Shown: positions 29,553-40,342 of the stretch, piece after piece
Position numbering within the stretch: position 1 is the stretch's first letter
How the letters are laid out: the number at the start of each line of letters is the position of its first letter
NCBI GenBank assembly: GCA_965207225.1
Contig: CBDBLV010000005.1
Span: forward strand, 1,568,001-1,632,000
Source: Dehalococcoidia bacterium
GTDB lineage: Bacteria > Chloroflexota > Dehalococcoidia > Plut-88900
Length of the DNA: 64,000 nucleotides
Direction: 5' to 3'
Notes under the pieces: generated by a model
Told to the model about the DNA's origin: nothing
The model's input: only the letters and a program-made list of their open reading frames with translations
Databases searched by the model: none
Program-made: the position numbers and the translations under genes

Positions 29553-30761
29553 ATGTTGCCTTTAGAGGGCGTGAAGGTCGTAGAGCTGGCGATCTGGCTG
29601 GCGGGTCCCGCGTGCGGGGTGATCATGGCCGACTGTGGCGCAGACGTGATAAAGGTGGAGCATCTGGAGACGGGCGGAGACCCTGCTCGCGGATGGACCC
29701 CGACGGATGCAACGGTCAAGCAGGACCCTAACTACGTGTTCGAGACGATGAACCGCGGGAAGCGGGGCATCGCACTGGACCTGTCCCGGGAAAAGGGTCG
29801 GGAAGTTCTTTACACGCTGTGCAAGCAGGCGGACGTGTTCGTCACCAATCTCCGTCTCTCGACACTGGACAAGCTGAAGGTGAATTACGACTCGATAAGG
29901 GAGGTAAATCCCGGAATTGTGTATGTGCGGGGTACCGGATACGGGCCCCGGGGGCCGGAGAAGGACAAGATGGGTTTCGACTCCATCGGGTTCTGGGCTC
30001 GGTCGGGGATCATGGCGTCGATAGGGGACCCGGGGTCGGTGCCGACGAGGATGAGGGGGTCGCTGGGGGACGTTTCGACTGGCACATGCATGTTTGCGGG
30101 GACAATGGCCGCCCTGTACAGGAAAGAAAGGACGGGAGAAGGGGGCCTGGTGGACGGGTCGCTGTTGGGGACAGGGGCGTGGATTGCGGCCGAGAACCTG
30201 TGGGCGCCGCTAAGGACTGGGAAAACACCTCCCCGGTATTCGCGGAAGAGCCCGCCCAATCCGCTGGTCAACATCTACAGCACGTCGGATGGCCGGTGGG
30301 TCTACATGACGATCCTGCAGGCGGACCGGTTCTGGCCCAACCTGTGCAGGGCCGTTGAAAGGGATGACCTCATAGAGGATGAACGGTTTTCCAAGATTGA
30401 TGCCCGAAGGGAGAACAGTGCGGCGCTGGTCGCGATACTGGATGAGCAGTTCAGGAAGAGAACGCTGGAGGACTGGGGAAATAGGCTGGATGCCGAGCGC
30501 ATAGCCTGGGGGCTGGTGACCGAGCCCGAGGAGGTGATCTCGGGGGAGCAGGTGGAGGCCAACGAATACGTGATAGGGGTCGATCACCCGGTTCTTGGGC
30601 ATTTGAGGGAAACGGCGATCCCATTCCAGATCGATGGGTCGGCGCTGACGCCGCGGGCCCCGAGCCCGGAATTTGGGGGGTCTACGGAGGAGGTGCTGTT
30701 GGAAGCGGGGTATTCGTGGGAGGAGATCGGGGATATGAAGGAGGAGAGGGTCGTGATTTAA
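29553..30761 (+). CDS. Class III CoA-transferase (CaiB/BaiF)
   Basis: PLEGVKVVE, GADVIKVE, NRGKR, catalytic Asp in SLGDVSTG. Confidence 0.95.
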   Translation: MLPLEGVKVVELAIWLAGPACGVIMADCGADVIKVEHLETGGDPARGWTPTDATVKQDPNYVFETMNRGKRGIALDLSREKGREVLYTLCKQADVFVTNLRLSTLDKLKVNYDSIREVNPGIVYVRGTGYGPRGPEKDKMGFDSIGFWARSGIMASIGDPGSVPTRMRGSLGDVSTGTCMFAGTMAALYRKERTGEGGLVDGSLLGTGAWIAAENLWAPLRTGKTPPRYSRKSPPNPLVNIYSTSDGRWVYMTILQADRFWPNLCRAVERDDLIEDERFSKIDARRENSAALVAILDEQFRKRTLEDWGNRLDAERIAWGLVTEPEEVISGEQVEANEYVIGVDHPVLGHLRETAIPFQIDGSALTPRAPSPEFGGSTEEVLLEAGYSWEEIGDMKEERVVI

Positions 30762-30924
30762 GGGGTGGATGATGATCTCCAGCCCAAGTCAATGCGTGAG
30801 CCCCTGCGACTCCATTCAGGGCGAACGGAAGCCCCAATCCCCGACCACTCGTGTGGCATCGATATGATGGTGGAAAGGCTCAGGAAGACACCGATAAGGG
30901 AGGTGGTTAGAGATTCCGGCAGGG

Positions 30925-33291
30925 ATGGCTAGTGAAGTATCGCCGGGGCCCGTGGAAGGGCTGCGGGTTGTGGACTTTACGCGAGGGTTTCCAGGTGCTC
31001 TGACGACGATGCTTCTGTCCGACTACGGGGCGGAGGTGCTAAAGGTAGTGTCGCCTGGAGAGGCCCCGCTGGAGATAGCACCGGGGTTCAGGGTGTGGAA
31101 CAGGGGGAAGAGGCAGATGGCGGTGGACTTGAGGTCTGGGGAGGGGGTGGAGGCTACGCTGGAGTTGGCATCTCGGGCGGACGTTGTGATTGAGAGCTGG
31201 AGAGTCGGGGTGGCGGACGGCATTGGGGTCGGGTACGGTGCGGTGAGGGAGCGGAACCCGGGCGTTATCTACTGTTCGATATCGTCGTTTGGGGAGAAGG
31301 GGCCGCTAAAAGGGTTGCCGGGTTATGAGGGGATAGCGGCTGCGGCGTCAGGGATCATGACGGAGCAGGCAGGGGTGAGACCCGGACCCGTCTATGTGTC
31401 GTCGCCGGTGGCTAGCTTCGGGACGGTGATGCTGGCGCTGCAGGGGATTCTATCTGCGCTGCACGTGAGGAATGAGACGGGGGTCGGGCAGCGGGTCTGG
31501 ACCAGTCTGTACGAAGGTGCGATCGCCATCCGGTACCCGGTTCTTCCCATAGCCAACGAGCTGCCGCCTTTCATAGTGAATAACGTACATCCCCATGGTG
31601 GAATGCCGGCCTACCGCATGTATCCATGTGCAGATGACAGGTGGATACACATCGGGTGCCTGACGCGCTGGTTCTGGGACAAGCTGTCGATTGCCCTGGA
31701 CCTTCCGGAACTGGTCATAGACCCTCGATTCGAGACCGCACCAACGGGATGGAAAGAAGACGAGGATCGCCTGGCAGCAATAGAGCTGATTGGAAACAGG
31801 GTCAGGGAGAGACCTCGGGCGGAGTGGCTGCAGATCCTGGAGGATGGAGACGTGCCGACCGCGCCCGTCCTATCGACCCAGGAGTACATGGACGTTCCCC
31901 AGGTGCACGAAAACGGGCTGGTCGTGGACGTGAACGACCCGGTGCTGGGAGAGATGAAGCAGGTCGGGCACCCGATCCTGTATTCGGAGACGCCGGGTCG
32001 GGTTAGGGGGCCTGCTCCCCTGGATGGCCTTGGCAATGTGGAATCATTGGATAATCTGTTTCCTTGCTCAGAGGTGCGATGGAATAGGAATCGAAAGTCG
32101 GGAGGGGAGTTGCACAGGACGCCGTTGCAGGGGTTGAGGGTACTTGACCTGTCCGCGTACATAGCCGGACCCCTGGGACCGATGGCGCTTTGCGATCTCG
32201 GGGCGGAGGTGGTGAAGGTGGAACCGCTGCACGGCGAGGGCGGACACAGTGTGCCGATGCTCATACTGGGCTCGAACAGAGGCAAGAAGGACCTTGCCAT
32301 GGACCTCAAAGTGCCCGAGTCCAGGGAAGTGCTGAGGAGGCTGATCGAAAGGAGTGACGTGCTGGTGCACAACATGAGGGTCGGCGTGGCGGAGCGGCTT
32401 GGAATCGACTATGAGTCGGCGCGGAAGATACGGCCGGACATCATTTACGTACACAGCACGGCATACGGGCCGACCGGTCGAGAGGCGAAGAAACCGGGTT
32501 TTGACCCACTTTTCCAGTCGATGTCGGGGCTTACGGCATGGAACGGGGGAAGGTCGGGCGGGCCCATATTCCTGAGGACCGCGATCTGCGACGACACGAA
32601 TGCCCTGATGCTGGCCGTGGCTGTGCTGATGGCGCTGAATCACCGGGACAGCACAGGTCAGGGGCAGAAGGTCGATCTGAGCCTGATGAAAACCGGTGCG
32701 TTGGCGACTTCGGACGATTTTATGCGGTACCCAGGGAAGAAAGATAGGCCATTGGCGGATACGGATGTGCACGGGCTTTCGGCGCTGTACCGGTTGTATG
32801 AGACGAGGGAGGGATGGGTGTTCCTCGGGTGTGTGCAGGAGAAGGAGTGGGAGCGGCTGAAGGGGGCACTGGAAGGAGATTGGGAAGAGCCAAGGGTGAC
32901 CTTTGAGGAGGCGTCCGCAATGGATCCGTGGAACGAGGAACTATGTGAGGCCCTCGGTAAGGTCTTTGCGAGGGACACGGCCCGGGACTGGGAGGCGAGG
33001 CTCGTTCAGAAAGGTGTCCCGTGCGTCAGGGTGGCAGAAGGAAATTTCGAGGGATTCTACGAGAACGAGCACGCACTTGCGGAGGGGATGGTCTATGAGG
33101 GCGAACACCGGACTTTCACGGGGTTGAGGCAGCCCGGGGTGCTGGTGCATTTTTCAGAGACGCCTACGGGGGATAACGCGGCCGCAGCGGTGTTGGGGCA
33201 GCACACGGTGGAGGTGCTGGGGGAGGTGGGATACTGTTCGGAGGAGATCGAGTGGATGATAGAGGCGGGGATAGTAGCAGTCCCAGACTAG
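30925..33291 (+). CDS. Two-domain fused class III CoA-transferase
   Basis: Two GLRVxD...GAEVxKV...NRGK repeats. Confidence 0.95.
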   Translation: MASEVSPGPVEGLRVVDFTRGFPGALTTMLLSDYGAEVLKVVSPGEAPLEIAPGFRVWNRGKRQMAVDLRSGEGVEATLELASRADVVIESWRVGVADGIGVGYGAVRERNPGVIYCSISSFGEKGPLKGLPGYEGIAAAASGIMTEQAGVRPGPVYVSSPVASFGTVMLALQGILSALHVRNETGVGQRVWTSLYEGAIAIRYPVLPIANELPPFIVNNVHPHGGMPAYRMYPCADDRWIHIGCLTRWFWDKLSIALDLPELVIDPRFETAPTGWKEDEDRLAAIELIGNRVRERPRAEWLQILEDGDVPTAPVLSTQEYMDVPQVHENGLVVDVNDPVLGEMKQVGHPILYSETPGRVRGPAPLDGLGNVESLDNLFPCSEVRWNRNRKSGGELHRTPLQGLRVLDLSAYIAGPLGPMALCDLGAEVVKVEPLHGEGGHSVPMLILGSNRGKKDLAMDLKVPESREVLRRLIERSDVLVHNMRVGVAERLGIDYESARKIRPDIIYVHSTAYGPTGREAKKPGFDPLFQSMSGLTAWNGGRSGGPIFLRTAICDDTNALMLAVAVLMALNHRDSTGQGQKVDLSLMKTGALATSDDFMRYPGKKDRPLADTDVHGLSALYRLYETREGWVFLGCVQEKEWERLKGALEGDWEEPRVTFEEASAMDPWNEELCEALGKVFARDTARDWEARLVQKGVPCVRVAEGNFEGFYENEHALAEGMVYEGEHRTFTGLRQPGVLVHFSETPTGDNAAAAVLGQHTVEVLGEVGYCSEEIEWMIEAGIVAVPD

Positions 33292-33359
33292 CTAAGCTGC
33301 CTAGAGCCTCTCCCCAAAGATAAGACGGAACACCGAGACCATAGGGTAGACTTACCCCC

Positions 33360-34589
33360 ATGGCCCGGACGACGTACGCAGCGCCCACCGGTCCCTGGGC
33401 GGCTTTCAGCTTTCGAGACTTCCGCTTTTTGTGGGGCGGAGGCGTTTTCCACGCGCTGAGCTGGGGCATGGAGATGGTGGCCCTGGGATGGCTGGTCTTC
33501 GAAATGACCGACGATCCCTTTCTTGTCGGGGTGGCGTTTGCGGCAGGCATGGTCCCGTTCTTCTTCCTGGGGATAGTGTCGGGGTCCGTGGCGGACAGGG
33601 TGAACCGGCGCATGTTTCTGCGTTTCATATACGTCGGGGCGGCAATCTGGGCCGGGACAATGGCAACGCTTATGTTCCTGGAAGTGGGCCAGGTCTGGCC
33701 GATCATCCTGCTGGCTGGGGTGTCGGGATGCCTGAAGGCGTTCTTTGGAACGACCAGCCAGGCCTACGCGTACGACATCGTGGGCCCGGAGAGGAGCTTG
33801 AATGGGCTTGCGCTGATGTCGTCTAGCCACCGGGTCGGGGCACTGTTGGGGTCGCTGAGTTCGGGGTTCATGATCCGTGAGGTTGGGATCGGGGGGGCGT
33901 ATGTATTGATAGGTGCTACCTATCTGGTGGGTCTGACGGTGCTGCTGGGAACACGAGATGTCGGGCAAGCTGCGCCAGCCAATCGGCAGCCGGTATTTGA
34001 AAACCTGGTGGGTTGGGTACGGCTCATCCGGCAGAACCGGGTGTTGTTGGCCCTGATGTACCTGGCGGCGATAACCGAGATCTTGGGGTTCACGCACCAG
34101 AGCGTACTCCCGGTCTTCGCCAAGGATGTATTGGGGGTGGGGTCGGTGGGGCTGGGGGTGATGGCGGCTACGAGCCAGATTGGAGGACTGTTGGGGTTGC
34201 TAAGCTTGGCAAGGCTGAGAAACTCTGGGAGGAAAGGGTTGTATGCGTTCATCACGGCGGGAGGGTTCGGCATCTCCCTCATGGCCTTCTCCTTATATGA
34301 GAACTTCATGTTCTACCTGTTCGTGATTCTGGTTGTAAATGCGTGCGCGACTGCGGCGGATACGCTCTACAAGACGCTGATGCAGGAGAACGTTCCGAAC
34401 GAACAGCGGGGACGGGCGATGGGTTCCTGGGTGCTGGCGATCGGGACGGCGCCGACGGGTCACCTGGAAGTGGGTTGGGTTGCGGGGCTGCTGGGAGCGC
34501 CGAGGGCGCTGTTGATCAACGGAGGAATACTGGCAATGGCGAATCTGGTGTCGGGGGTCGGGATGCCGAGGATTCGGAGGTTGCCCTGA
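33360..34589 (+). CDS. MFS transporter
   Basis: FRDFRFLW, GSVADRVNRR, QRGRAMG; many TM helices. Confidence 0.9.
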   Translation: MARTTYAAPTGPWAAFSFRDFRFLWGGGVFHALSWGMEMVALGWLVFEMTDDPFLVGVAFAAGMVPFFFLGIVSGSVADRVNRRMFLRFIYVGAAIWAGTMATLMFLEVGQVWPIILLAGVSGCLKAFFGTTSQAYAYDIVGPERSLNGLALMSSSHRVGALLGSLSSGFMIREVGIGGAYVLIGATYLVGLTVLLGTRDVGQAAPANRQPVFENLVGWVRLIRQNRVLLALMYLAAITEILGFTHQSVLPVFAKDVLGVGSVGLGVMAATSQIGGLLGLLSLARLRNSGRKGLYAFITAGGFGISLMAFSLYENFMFYLFVILVVNACATAADTLYKTLMQENVPNEQRGRAMGSWVLAIGTAPTGHLEVGWVAGLLGAPRALLINGGILAMANLVSGVGMPRIRRLP

Positions 34590-34659
34590 GGGGTATGATT
34601 CATCCTCACCCCAGCCTTCTTCCGTCAAGGGAGGTAGGTATTGAGGAAAGGAGAACAAG

Positions 34660-35907
34660 ATGAGCAGCAATGGAGTCCCGACGATTATCAAGATAGGGAG
34701 GTTGGCGGATGGCGTGAGTGGAGATGTCAGGAAGAAGATGGCGGTCAAGGTGTCAGGGGGAGGGGTGGAGTGGGTGTCCCGGCAATCGGACCTGTCACAG
34801 AGCGGGGATATGGAGGGTGTGGTGCTGGACTTTCCGGGCGCTACGCTCATGCCGGGGCTCATAGACTGCCACACGCACACGAACATGCCGGGGACTGGGT
34901 TGTCGGTGGACGAGGTGCACGAGGATGGGGACGACATTCACCTGATGGAAGCAGTGAAGAGCGCGAGGATAGCGCTGGAGAGCGGCGTAACGACTATGAG
35001 GGACAACGGCGGGTGGAACAAGGTGGTGTTTTCGTTGATGGAGGGGATTCGCCGTGAGATAGTTCCCGGGCCCCGGATTGTGGCCTGTGGCAACCCGGTT
35101 ACCGTAACCGGCGGGCACTGCTGGATGATGGGCGCCGAGGCGGACGGTATAGACGGGGTCAGGGCGGCGGTAAGACGTATGGTGAAGAACGGAGCGGGAT
35201 TCATCAAGGTGATGACGAGCGGGGGCACGACCCGCGGGAGTATGCCGGAGCGGGCAGCCTACACACTGGATGAACTGAAGGTGATAGTGGAGGAGGCGCA
35301 TTACAGGGGCCGGCTGGTGGCGGGTCATGCGATTTCGACGCAGTCGATAGTGAATTGCCTCGATGCTGGCGTGGACATGATCATCCACTGCAATTTCTTG
35401 GACGAAGACGGGGTTAGCAGGTGGGCCCCGAGAATCGGGGAGCGGATCGCGAAAACGGGAGCATGGGTCAACCCGACCATTCACATACGTCGGGCGGCGA
35501 CACTGACACTGGAGGCAAAGAGAGAGGACGGGACGATATCGGAGGAGGAAAGGCTGGAACTGGAGGAGAACGAGGAGACCATTCGGCAGCGGGGCGAAGT
35601 GTTCAGGGAACTGGTATCGGCGGGGGCGAGGATGATCGGGGGGTCAGATTGCGGGTGGGGGGCCTACCCGTTCGGGCAGTTCCACAGGGAGCTGGAGTCT
35701 ATGGTTGAGGTCGGGATGCCGACGGAGCAGGCCTTTCTATCCGGAACGAGGGAGGCGTCGAAGGCCCTGGGGTTGGAGGCGGAGGTTGGGACGGTGGAGG
35801 CAGGCAAAGGGGCGGACCTTCTGCTGGTGGAGGGAGACCCGACGCGTGACCTAAGGGCGCTGGAAAAGATAGTGGCCGTGTTTAGGGCCGGGGAAAGGGT
35901 GCGCTAG
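34660..35907 (+). CDS. Metal-dependent amidohydrolase (prolidase-like)
   Basis: LMPGLIDCHTH, GVTTMRD, GGSDCG, GKGADLL. Confidence 0.9.
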   Translation: MSSNGVPTIIKIGRLADGVSGDVRKKMAVKVSGGGVEWVSRQSDLSQSGDMEGVVLDFPGATLMPGLIDCHTHTNMPGTGLSVDEVHEDGDDIHLMEAVKSARIALESGVTTMRDNGGWNKVVFSLMEGIRREIVPGPRIVACGNPVTVTGGHCWMMGAEADGIDGVRAAVRRMVKNGAGFIKVMTSGGTTRGSMPERAAYTLDELKVIVEEAHYRGRLVAGHAISTQSIVNCLDAGVDMIIHCNFLDEDGVSRWAPRIGERIAKTGAWVNPTIHIRRAATLTLEAKREDGTISEEERLELEENEETIRQRGEVFRELVSAGARMIGGSDCGWGAYPFGQFHRELESMVEVGMPTEQAFLSGTREASKALGLEAEVGTVEAGKGADLLLVEGDPTRDLRALEKIVAVFRAGERVR

Positions 35908-35911
35908 CAGC

Positions 35912-37351
35912 TCAGGCGATGGAGGCCTGCAGGGCTGCAAACTCTGCTGAATCGGGGTCGTGGTTGGAGGCGGTCCAGGCCTGGTTGGCCTGGTGGAAGT
36001 CCTTTTGCGCAGCGTCGGCGTTGCCCAGGGCGGCCTTGGACTTGGCGAGCCAGAAGAGGTCTCGGGTGGAGGGGCGGCGGGAGAGGCGGGTGCGGAGCAT
36101 GGTCTCGGCCTGCTCGAAGCGGCCGGTCTCGATGTAGCAGGCCACCAGGGTGTCTTCCAGGACCTCTCGCTGGGCGTGGCTGCCGCCGATGCGGGCCAGC
36201 CGATCGAGGACTGAAGGGCCGAATAGGGGGTCGAGAAGTTCCAGGGCCTCCTCGGCCTTCTCGGCGGCGAAACATTCCAAGCCCATGAGTAAGGGGACCA
36301 TGATCTCGGAGGCCAGTGCTTCGCCGTCGGCGGCCCGGGCCCGCATTCGAGCAAGCAGGCCGGTCATCCTGCCCCAGTGATTGGCACCCGCTAAGGCAAG
36401 GGCGGCGTGTACGTCCCGGTAAGCGGTGCCCTCGGTATGGATAGCGGGTTCGGCCAGGTCTGAAAGCGCCTGCCAGTCGATATCCGGGACGGTATTGGAA
36501 TAGAGCATATATCTCCAGGCGAGGGCTGCGGCGTCGGCGAGGGCGCCCCCGTCACCCGCGGCAACGGCGGGCTGGATACGGCGTTTGTAGAGGTCCATGA
36601 CCTTGCCGTAATGGCCCTGGGAGAGCTCGAAGAGAGCGTAGTGCCAGGCAAGGTGGACGTAGAAGGGGGCCCGGGGGTCGTAGTCCTCGGTCCACTCGTC
36701 TAGGAACTGGGCCCCGTCGCGGGCCTCTCCCCTTTCGAATAAGACGTGGGCGACGGAGTGGGAGGCGTCGGCGTTGTCAGGCCGAGTCTTTAGGGAGGCT
36801 TCGGCGAGGCGCAGGGACTCGTCGAGGATTCCGGACTCGTGGTACGCGAAGGCGTAGCGACTCTGGAATGCCCAGTCATCACCGTAGTGGGAAGCTACCC
36901 CACCACACAGGGCCAGCTGGTCTGCAGGAAAGCTCTTCGAACCGCCGCCGCTGCAGCCGTAGAAGAGGAGGTTGTTGGCGATATAGAGGATGAGGATGTC
37001 CCTGGGGTACTCCCTCAGGTATTCGTGCATGAGGGAGAGGGCCTGGGGCCCGGGGCTGTGAATATAAGCGTGGATAACTGCAACGTAGAGACGCTCCCGA
37101 CGGGGAAGTCCCTCGGCCCGGGCCTCCGCGAGCTTGATGCTGTCTCGGGCCTCCTTGACCTTGCCCTCATACATGTAGCGGTAGGCCAGTGTGGCATGAG
37201 CTACAGCGAAGGAATCGTCGGCTTCGATAGCCTGGGAGATTCGCTCAAGAGAGCCGTGATTCATGGAGAGCAGGATATCCAGGCCATCCACGAAGATGTC
37301 GGCGGAGTGGGGGGAATTGGTGGTAATGGAAAGGCCGTATCTGTCCTGCAT
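35912..37351 (-). CDS. TTC38-like tetratricopeptide repeat protein
   Basis: DRYGLSITT, HSVAHV, HLAWHYAL, IGGSHAQREV. Confidence 0.8.
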   Translation of the reverse strand: MQDRYGLSITTNSPHSADIFVDGLDILLSMNHGSLERISQAIEADDSFAVAHATLAYRYMYEGKVKEARDSIKLAEARAEGLPRRERLYVAVIHAYIHSPGPQALSLMHEYLREYPRDILILYIANNLLFYGCSGGGSKSFPADQLALCGGVASHYGDDWAFQSRYAFAYHESGILDESLRLAEASLKTRPDNADASHSVAHVLFERGEARDGAQFLDEWTEDYDPRAPFYVHLAWHYALFELSQGHYGKVMDLYKRRIQPAVAAGDGGALADAAALAWRYMLYSNTVPDIDWQALSDLAEPAIHTEGTAYRDVHAALALAGANHWGRMTGLLARMRARAADGEALASEIMVPLLMGLECFAAEKAEEALELLDPLFGPSVLDRLARIGGSHAQREVLEDTLVACYIETGRFEQAETMLRTRLSRRPSTRDLFWLAKSKAALGNADAAQKDFHQANQAWTASNHDPDSAEFAALQASIA

Positions 37352-37696
37352 GGGCTAAGGTAAGTTTAGGTGGTCGGGGGAGGTAGTTTCAAGGCATTTT
37401 CAACCAAAGAATGGGCCAAGAATTTGATTGCTTTGCAATTTCAAGCACGGGTTTGATTGTTTAGCGAAGAAACTTCTGTTAAGGAGGTGAGAGATTCGGT
37501 GCCCGCAAGCGAAACGGACCCCAAGGGGCGGTCAGCGCTACGGAGGGCACAGAAATACTTAGACTGTACATTCGTTGGGGATAGGCGTCCGTGGTGGTCG
37601 GGGCAATGGACGGATGACACACTCTTGAGGGAGCGGCAGTGCCCCGAGAATCCGGTTGCCTGCGCAGAGGGGTGCGGATATATTGGCGGCGGTAAA

Positions 37697-38968
37697 ATGC
37701 CTGTTACGCATAACAATGGCAATCTGCCCCAGGCCCTGGCCACGATGAAGGTCTTGGACCTTACCCACTATGTGGCCGGGCCATTCTGCACGAAACTGCT
37801 TGCCGACTACGGTGCAGAAGTAATCAAGGTGGAACGCCCCGGCCAGGGTGACCCGGGGCGAAGGCTGGGCCCTTTCCCCGAAGACAAACCCGGGCCCGAC
37901 TCAAGCGGCCTGTTTAGCTACCTCAACGGAAACAAGCTTGGCATCACCCTCGACCTGAAGCATGCAGCGGGCGTCGGGATTTGCAAGGAGCTTGTCGGGT
38001 GGGCCGACGTAGTAGTCGAGAGCTTCAGGCCGGGCGTGATGGCCGGCTACGGCCTCTCCTATAGCCAGCTTTCGAAGGCGCATCCCGGAGTGATAGTGAC
38101 GTCGCTCTCCAATTTCGGGCAGTCGGGGCCCTACAGGGACTACAAGGCCAGCGAGATCATCGAGTACGCGATAGGCGGCCCGATGCTGTTCACCGGCACA
38201 TCAAACAGGGAGCCGTTGAAGCTGGGGGGTCGGGTGGGGATGATTTTCGCCGGGCAGGAAGCGGCGATGGCGACGCTCATGGCGTTCTACAGAGAGATGG
38301 GAGGAGATGGAGGTGGGGACCACGTTGACGTTTCGATAATGGAGACCCAGGCAGGATCCATAGACAGGCAGACGGCGCTGCTGGTGAATTACCAGTACAC
38401 GGGCAACAGGTATTCGAGGCCCGACGCCTCGGAGGCCTACCTGGGCGGAGTCTATCCGGCGCTGGACGGCTATCTTGACGTCCAGGTGATTGAGAGATTC
38501 CCCCAGCTCCTGGCGGCCATGGGCCAGCCCGACACCATCACGGAGTCGGAGGCCGTCGAATTGGCGATTTTCCTGGACAAGTGGGAGAACGCAGACGGCA
38601 ACCCCCTGGAGAGCGGCGAGCTTATCAAGGATCTGGGCGTGATGTTGGAAAAGTGGGTCCGGGCCCGACCCATGGGCCCGGCCTGGGCCCAGTTCCAGAG
38701 GCACGGGACGCTATCGGCTGCATTTAACGACGCTGCGGGTGTCTACCGGGACCCGAGTTTCAGCCTGCGAGGACTTTGGACGAAGGTGGAAGGCGCGGAG
38801 TCAGGGGTGAGGCGTTTGCCCGGGCGCATTTCGATACTGGAGCGTACGCCCTGGCAGGCGCGGAGACCGGCCCCGGGCCTGGGCGAGCACAACAACGACG
38901 TTTACGGTGGGATGCTGGGGTACAGCCGCCGGGAGCTTGCAGGGCTAAGGCAGATGGGGGTCATTTAG
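37697..38968 (+). CDS. Class III CoA-transferase subunit (no catalytic Asp); possible upstream start at 37499
   Basis: KVLDLTHYVAGP, NGNKLGITLDL. Confidence 0.9.
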   Translation: MPVTHNNGNLPQALATMKVLDLTHYVAGPFCTKLLADYGAEVIKVERPGQGDPGRRLGPFPEDKPGPDSSGLFSYLNGNKLGITLDLKHAAGVGICKELVGWADVVVESFRPGVMAGYGLSYSQLSKAHPGVIVTSLSNFGQSGPYRDYKASEIIEYAIGGPMLFTGTSNREPLKLGGRVGMIFAGQEAAMATLMAFYREMGGDGGGDHVDVSIMETQAGSIDRQTALLVNYQYTGNRYSRPDASEAYLGGVYPALDGYLDVQVIERFPQLLAAMGQPDTITESEAVELAIFLDKWENADGNPLESGELIKDLGVMLEKWVRARPMGPAWAQFQRHGTLSAAFNDAAGVYRDPSFSLRGLWTKVEGAESGVRRLPGRISILERTPWQARRPAPGLGEHNNDVYGGMLGYSRRELAGLRQMGVI

Positions 38969-38973
38969 GCGAT

Positions 38974-40296
38974 ATGAGTGGGCGAAGGCTGCCCCTGGAC
39001 GGGGTCCGGATAGTCGACCAGACGTTGGCGTGGGCCGGGCCTTTCGGGGCACAGCTGCTGGCCGACTGGGGGGCTGAGGTGATCAGGGTCGAGCCGCTCC
39101 AGTTCATGCAGCGGGCGACCCGGGCCCCGAACATCAGGCCCTTCAAAAGACCAACGTCAAACTGGGCCAACGACTATCCAGACGGAAAACCGGGTGAACG
39201 CCACTGGAACAGGCACCTGATGTTCCAGGTTCACGGACGCAACAAGCTGAGCATCACCTCGGACCTCCCCGATCCCGGCTGCATGGAAGCCTACCTGAAG
39301 CTTGTGGCCGTGTCGGACGTTGTGGTGGAGAACAACGTGCCCCAGACCTACGCGAAGTTCGGGGCTAGCTACAAAACCCTCCGGCAGGCCAGACCCGACA
39401 TAATCCTGGCCAGGCTTCCGGCCTATGGTCTGGACGGCCCCTACGCCACATACCGGGCGGCGGGCCGTCAGATGGAGTCGCTGGCAGGTCACAACTGGCT
39501 GCGAGGATACAGGGACGAATCGACAGACGAGGCGAGTGACCTGATATCCGTGCGCGGCACAACTTACCTGGCCGACGCCGTGGGAGGTGCGAGCCTCGCG
39601 TTCGCCATCATGGGCGCCCTTTGCCATCGGAAGGCCACGGGCGAAGGGCAACTAGTGGAGGTCGCATCCGCCGAGGCAGTGGTCCACCACGTCGCCGAGT
39701 CCGTAATTGACTACGAACTGAACGGGCGTATCCAGGGGCCCCTGGGCAACGGGCATCCATCGAGGGCGCCCCAGGGCTGCTACCGTTGTAAGGGAGATGA
39801 CAACTGGCTGGTGGTCTCGGTGGGGAGCGATGAAGAATGGACGGGGCTTCTACGCGTGATGGAGGATCCGGCGTGGGCCCATGATTCCCGTTTTGCCACA
39901 ACGCTCGGGAGGCACCGTTGGCAGGACGAGATTGATGAACATATCTCGGCGTGGACCCGAGACAAGGACCACGTCGAGCTAATGCACGTTCTGCAGGCAG
40001 AAGGGGTGGCCGCGGCGCCCGTGCATGACCAGGAAGAGCTGTTCGATGACCCGCACATGAGGTATCGGGGGTTTTTCCAGGAGGTGCACCAGCCTTCTAC
40101 CGGGACCCACATCTATCCCGGGATGTCCTGGCAGATGGCCGGGACTCCGAACCCGATCAGGCGGCCATCCCCGATGCTGGGCGAACACAACGAGACGGTC
40201 TACAAGGAGCTGTTGGGGCTAACGGCGGAGGAATACGGCAGGCTGGAGGATGCGGGCCACATCGGGATGGACTATCCGGCGCACCTGTATGGCTGA
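38974..40296 (+). CDS. Class III CoA-transferase subunit
   Basis: PLDGVRIVD, RNKLSIT, YLADAVGG. Confidence 0.92.
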   Translation: MSGRRLPLDGVRIVDQTLAWAGPFGAQLLADWGAEVIRVEPLQFMQRATRAPNIRPFKRPTSNWANDYPDGKPGERHWNRHLMFQVHGRNKLSITSDLPDPGCMEAYLKLVAVSDVVVENNVPQTYAKFGASYKTLRQARPDIILARLPAYGLDGPYATYRAAGRQMESLAGHNWLRGYRDESTDEASDLISVRGTTYLADAVGGASLAFAIMGALCHRKATGEGQLVEVASAEAVVHHVAESVIDYELNGRIQGPLGNGHPSRAPQGCYRCKGDDNWLVVSVGSDEEWTGLLRVMEDPAWAHDSRFATTLGRHRWQDEIDEHISAWTRDKDHVELMHVLQAEGVAAAPVHDQEELFDDPHMRYRGFFQEVHQPSTGTHIYPGMSWQMAGTPNPIRRPSPMLGEHNETVYKELLGLTAEEYGRLEDAGHIGMDYPAHLYG

Positions 40297-40342
40297 GGCA
40301 AGGGCCAGCGCAATGCAGGCCCGAGCCTGAACACGAAGAGGC

